From a virus (lineage: Duplodnaviria; Caudoviricetes): a stretch of DNA of 36,779 bases. The first letter of the stretch is position 1. Each line of letters begins with the position of its first letter. The stretch covers positions 1 to 36,779 of the IMG/VR virus record IMGVR_UViG_3300047504_000025, one strand, 5' to 3'. The translations under genes were made by a program, and so were the position numbers. Of this stretch, positions 32,597-36,779 are shown in pieces. Under the pieces are notes generated by a model. The model saw nothing but the letters and a program-made list of their open reading frames with translations, was not told the DNA's origin and searched no databases.

Positions 32597-34677
32597 TGGA
32601 ATCCTGGCAACAGATACTTACTGATTGCGGATACCCGACCGAAATCCTCGTTCTGGATTTTGAATCGTATTTCGACGAAGACTACCACTTCCGCAAGGAC
32701 GCCGCCGATGCCGTTGGCCTGTCGACCATAGAATATATTAGCGACCCGCGGTTCGAGTTGACGGGAGTGGGTTGGCAATCGCCAGGTTTGCCGCCTATTT
32801 TCGCCGGAGCGGACCGAGACATTCCTGGCATAATAGCCGGAATGTTTAAGAGATATGGCGATACAGTAACTTGGATTATCCAAAATGCAAGATTCGACGT
32901 GACCGTTCTCCAGACAAAATTCGGAATCGTGCCCAAATATATAATCGACGTTAAAGATTTATATGCCCATTACGACGCCAGTGCAAGCCACAAACTAAAG
33001 GATATGGCCAAAGAATTTGGCCTACAGGCGAAGGGCGAGACCCAGGATTTCAAGGGTCTGCACTACAACGCCATGACCCTGGAACAGCGAAAGGCATTGG
33101 CCGATTATTGTCTTAACGACGTGGACCTTGAAACAAAATTATTTAAGATACTGTTACCAAAATTATCTAACCCAGCCTTCGAGTTACGGTTAATGCGTCA
33201 TACTCTCGATATGTGGCTCCATCGGGGGTTCGATTTTGACCAGGACTTGGCCGATTCGCTTAAGGTTCAGATGTACGCCTTGACCATCGAGGCCGTGAAT
33301 AAAACGGGGTTGGTTGATGAGAATTATGGCCGATTGTATAATAAGTATTTCTGGGACGGTAAAAAGGTTCCTAAAAAATTCGACGGGAAATCAGACGAAA
33401 TCGTTGATATAATGATTAAAGAGGAAGCCCGCGAGGCCGCCGCCACGGACCTCCGTGGGGATACGTTTGTGAAATTACTCCAGACCCAAGACGAACAGGT
33501 CGAATGGAAGGCCGGCAAACGTGGGAACATCGCAGCCCTGGCCAAGACTGACGATTATGCGAAGTCGCTGACGGTCCACGGAAATCCGATTGTCCGTGAT
33601 TTAATGACCGCGAGACAGGCCGTGAAGTCGTGGCCCCTGCATACGAAACGCATAACGAGTATGGAGAAGCAGTCCGCCGCGAATGGGGGGATACTGCGAA
33701 CGCCTTTGAATTATTATGGAGGCCATACTGGCCGATGGAGTGGCGGGGAGGGGATTAACTTACAGAATTTAGGCGGAAAAAGTGCAACGATTGACCCCCT
33801 GATAGGCAAGATACGCGGCCTACTTCGCGCTCCCGCCAACTTCACGTTAGGGATTGGGGACTCGGCTCAGATTGAGGCCCGTGTACTGGCTTGGTTGGCC
33901 GGTCAGGACGATTTGGTAGAGGCATTTAGAACTGGCAAGGATGTTTATTCTGAATTTGCAACAGTTTTATTCAAACTCCCCGTACGAAAGGAACGTAAAA
34001 CCGACCCGCCTATAATCTATTTAATGCTAATGATTAAACGGGCCTTTGGCAAGAAAAGTATTCTGGGTTTAGGTTATGGGATGGGCGTCGATAAATTCTA
34101 TCAACAATGTTTACAAGATAGTTATTTACGTCCTTTCTTCGACAGCGGACAATACAACCGACAATTCATACAACGAGTGGTTGACCTATACCGAACAAAG
34201 TATTCTAAGATTCCCGCATATTGGAGAGTCGTAGAGACCGCGTTCAAACAGGCACTACGGTTCCCGCATTTACGGCCTAAAGTGGGGCAGATAGAGTTTT
34301 CGTGCACCGGCCATGAAGTTCAGATTAAATTACCGTCAGGCCGAATACTATATTATCGACAATGTAGTATTAAGAACGGCGGAAATATATCATATTTAGC
34401 TGGTCCTAAGAGGGAGAGTTTATGGGGGGGTAGCCTGACGGAAAATATAGACCAGGCAATTTCGAGGGATTTACTCGGCTTTTGGATATTGGCCTGCGAA
34501 GACGCCGGTCTCCCCGTGATTTTACACGTTCACGACGAAGTTGTGTGCCAAATAAATAAAAATAATTCCAAGATTTCTCTTGACAAACTGAATCAAATAC
34601 TGTGTACTATACCTGAGTGGGCGTCGGGTTTACCTGTGGCCGCTGAGGTTAAAGAAAGTTTGGTGTATTGTAAATGA
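32596..34677 (+). CDS. polA: Family A DNA polymerase with 3'-5' exonuclease domain
   Basis: LDFES, NARFD, YCLNDV, TGRWSG...NLQNL, DSAQIEAR, RAFGKKSILGLGYG, HVHDE. Confidence 0.95.
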   Translation: MESWQQILTDCGYPTEILVLDFESYFDEDYHFRKDAADAVGLSTIEYISDPRFELTGVGWQSPGLPPIFAGADRDIPGIIAGMFKRYGDTVTWIIQNARFDVTVLQTKFGIVPKYIIDVKDLYAHYDASASHKLKDMAKEFGLQAKGETQDFKGLHYNAMTLEQRKALADYCLNDVDLETKLFKILLPKLSNPAFELRLMRHTLDMWLHRGFDFDQDLADSLKVQMYALTIEAVNKTGLVDENYGRLYNKYFWDGKKVPKKFDGKSDEIVDIMIKEEAREAAATDLRGDTFVKLLQTQDEQVEWKAGKRGNIAALAKTDDYAKSLTVHGNPIVRDLMTARQAVKSWPLHTKRITSMEKQSAANGGILRTPLNYYGGHTGRWSGGEGINLQNLGGKSATIDPLIGKIRGLLRAPANFTLGIGDSAQIEARVLAWLAGQDDLVEAFRTGKDVYSEFATVLFKLPVRKERKTDPPIIYLMLMIKRAFGKKSILGLGYGMGVDKFYQQCLQDSYLRPFFDSGQYNRQFIQRVVDLYRTKYSKIPAYWRVVETAFKQALRFPHLRPKVGQIEFSCTGHEVQIKLPSGRILYYRQCSIKNGGNISYLAGPKRESLWGGSLTENIDQAISRDLLGFWILACEDAGLPVILHVHDEVVCQINKNNSKISLDKLNQILCTIPEWASGLPVAAEVKESLVYCK

Positions 34678-34859
34678 AATGTACCGAAGTCCCGACCGAA
34701 GACTGTGACAATTTGGATATGAAGAAATGTTCAGGCTGTATAGTCCAGATGTTATGCCTATGCCAGAGACCCGAAGTACGGGCAATGGTACAAAAACTAT
34801 GGAAGGAATCAAATGAACCTAAGATGGTCAAAAACATTCGGGCACCCGGCGGGAAGTAA
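34674..34859 (+). CDS. Cys-rich small protein
   Basis: ATG overlaps the end of polA. Confidence 0.5.
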   Translation: MKCTEVPTEDCDNLDMKKCSGCIVQMLCLCQRPEVRAMVQKLWKESNEPKMVKNIRAPGGK

Positions 34860-35037
34860 CGCAATCGTTGGCCTTAACCTACTCTACTGGGCGATACCCC
34901 TGAGTATCGGCGGACGAACCCAAACGGTAACATATACCAAGAAAACTACCGGGCATTATCGCAGTATCAGCGTTGGAATTTTATGTTTCTCGGTAACGAT
35001 AACTTATGCGGAAATCAAAAGCGCAAAAATTTGGTAA
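34813..35037 (+). CDS. Small beta-strand protein (ILCF motif)
   Basis: AAGGA RBS. Confidence 0.5.
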   Translation: MNLRWSKTFGHPAGSNAIVGLNLLYWAIPLSIGGRTQTVTYTKKTTGHYRSISVGILCFSVTITYAEIKSAKIW

Positions 35038-35040
35038 AAT

Positions 35041-35205
35041 ATGAGAAAACTATACAGCAACTGGCCAATAGGACGGTGGGAGTTGTGGTTGAATCCAACC
35101 AGTTATCACTTGGGGTTTGGTTGGGGGATTTCGCTGGGAATGGTTTATATACACATCAACATATTATGTTTCGCCGTTATACTTAGACTATATGAAAAAC
35201 CCTAA
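35041..35205 (+). CDS. 54-aa hydrophobic beta-strand protein (ILCF motif)
   Basis: Not in the track. MRKLYSNWPIGRWELWLNPTSYHLGFGWGISLGMVYIHINILCFAVILRLYEKP. Confidence 0.5.
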   Translation: MRKLYSNWPIGRWELWLNPTSYHLGFGWGISLGMVYIHINILCFAVILRLYEKP

Positions 35206-35641
35206 ATCCAAAACCTTCTCCCGAATCGCCACGGCCTACCACCAACTCAAGGCCGGGGGCCGGCCCCACGTAACGGGGGATGGGTCGATACCGACGGCTC
35301 CGTGTGTGCCAGTCGTAGAACAACCGGAAGCGGCGGTATTACAGGAGTGCCTTGATTGGTTAAAACAGAACCGAATATGGGCACGGCGGATGAACGTAGG
35401 TAAAGGCACGTTGGGCCGAACGGGGTTTTTTACCTACGGAATAGTAGGGTCGGCTGATATTACCGGCATCCTGCGTAACGGCGGTCGGCGATTAGAGATT
35501 GAGTGTAAGGCCGGGAAGGGCGGGCGATTGTCAATTGACCAACAGAAGTTCCGACGGGATATTTTAGACAATAATGGGGTCTATCTCATTGTGCATGGCG
35601 TCGAGGAATTAGAATACTTTTTCAAGGGAATTAAAATATGA
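35192..35641 (+). CDS. VRR-NUC nuclease
   Basis: E..V...C..WL...GSADITG...IECK...GRLS.DQ..F...G.YL. Confidence 0.85.
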   Translation: MKNPKSKTFSRIATAYHQLKAGGRPHVTGDGSIPTAPCVPVVEQPEAAVLQECLDWLKQNRIWARRMNVGKGTLGRTGFFTYGIVGSADITGILRNGGRRLEIECKAGKGGRLSIDQQKFRRDILDNNGVYLIVHGVEELEYFFKGIKI

Positions 35642-36759
35642 ACCTGATGTCTGCAACTTCAATCGGATGTTTCAAGGCTTGTCCAGTACGCTACTATTAC
35701 AGGTACGTCCTGGGCCTGACTCCCGTCGCCGAGACCGACGCGACCAGGATGGGAACGAACTACCATAAGATACACGAAATCGCCGACCTCACGCCGGGCG
35801 GGGCCTGCCCCGATTGCCACGGGCCGGGGAATGAGACCTGCGCCCTGTGCGTTGGGACCAAGACGCTGCCTGAGAATATAATGGACGCGGTTATCCGACA
35901 CCTGAATAAAGCGTATGCGACCATGCCGGTATCCAAGACCCCAGAAGAATGGGAGACCGAACGGATAACCCTTCTGTATTCACTGATTGGCTATCAGTGG
36001 TTATACCAGGACCCTGGATATGCGGTTGAAAAACTGGAACAGAAATTCCGTTTGCCGCTGTTATCGCCCATCAGCGGGCATAAATTACAGGCCGAACTGA
36101 TTGGTAAAATCGACCGGACGTTTAGTGCTGAGAGTAATAGATTTGTTCACGAATATAAATCAACGAGTAAAGGTGTCGAACCAGACTCTACCTATTGGAA
36201 CCACCTGACCCTCGACACACAGACCCGGCTCTATACCTATGCTGCCCGCCGGTTGGGGTTGGGGCAGGTCGGAGTGCTGTATGACGTGTGGCATAAGCCG
36301 AAGACCGCTCCGAAGATGCTGACCCAGGCGGAGAGTAAAGAGTTTGTGGTAGGCGGAATGTATTGCGACACGAAATTTGAAACAATGGAATTTGATAACG
36401 GGGTAATGGTCAACGGTAAAATTACCCAAATAGAACCCGGCAAGAAACCCGGCACGTTCGCCATTCGGGAGACCCCCGAAATGTATGGTGCCCGGCTACT
36501 GCAAGACATCACGATTCGGCCTGAGTATTATTTCGCCCGCAAGGAACTGGCCCACAATGACGACGATATTAAGGCGTTCGAGTGGGAACTGTTTAACATT
36601 TATACCAGTATCAGGATGATGGCAAATAAGAATACGTGGTGGCGTAACGAGGCTTCGTGCGAGGCCACATACCGCTGCGACTATATAAATTGGTGTTACA
36701 ACCATATTAACATAGGACCCCAAGACATACCTGATGGGTTCCAGAAAAGGAGTGAATAA
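35638..36759 (+). CDS. PD-(D/E)XK Cas4-like exonuclease
   Basis: SATSI..F..CP..YYY, GTNYH, GKID...HEYKS, Q...Y, C-terminal C.....C.Y...C. Confidence 0.85.
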   Translation: MNLMSATSIGCFKACPVRYYYRYVLGLTPVAETDATRMGTNYHKIHEIADLTPGGACPDCHGPGNETCALCVGTKTLPENIMDAVIRHLNKAYATMPVSKTPEEWETERITLLYSLIGYQWLYQDPGYAVEKLEQKFRLPLLSPISGHKLQAELIGKIDRTFSAESNRFVHEYKSTSKGVEPDSTYWNHLTLDTQTRLYTYAARRLGLGQVGVLYDVWHKPKTAPKMLTQAESKEFVVGGMYCDTKFETMEFDNGVMVNGKITQIEPGKKPGTFAIRETPEMYGARLLQDITIRPEYYFARKELAHNDDDIKAFEWELFNIYTSIRMMANKNTWWRNEASCEATYRCDYINWCYNHINIGPQDIPDGFQKRSE

Positions 36760-36779
36760 TGCCCCCAACAACCCCAACC
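36759..36779 (+). CDS. Start of next gene (truncated)
   Basis: AGGAG RBS, TAATG coupling, MPPTTPT. Confidence 0.5.

Noticed and set aside
34580-34610. TTGACA inside the end of polA as a promoter
   Set aside because: No convincing -10 at 17 nt
35638-36759. CRISPR-Cas system from the Cas4-like gene
   Set aside because: Stand-alone phage exonuclease context; no cas1/cas2 or array

Overview
About 37 kb of a tailed dsDNA phage (podovirus-like layout) with two divergent arms. The minus strand (about 20.1 kb to the left edge) is the late operon: GroES, small membrane and basic proteins, TerS, an inserted endonuclease VII, TerL, portal, scaffold, major capsid, cement, adaptor, an apparently split tail nozzle, tail fibre and ejection proteins. 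The centre (20.2-21.8 kb) is a control region with host sigma70-type promoters, structured leaders, a tandem palindrome and an iteron/AT-rich origin candidate. The plus strand carries many small early genes (two winged-helix paralogues, an entericidin-like lipoprotein, a secreted 3D-domain protein) and a DNA-metabolism operon (double-HTH regulator, bacterial-type RecG, LAGLIDADG nuclease, dNTP hydrolases, metallophosphoesterase, methyltransferase, PolA, VRR-NUC, Cas4-like exonuclease). Best candidate new system: the nozzle gene appears split into a 77-aa N-terminal piece with an ACG start (missed by the ORF track) and a 526-aa C-terminal piece, with two intervening genes whose unrelated AT-rich domains end in a shared GC-rich beta-hairpin tail that could plug into the propeller. 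All family calls are from motif recognition by eye; no searches were run.
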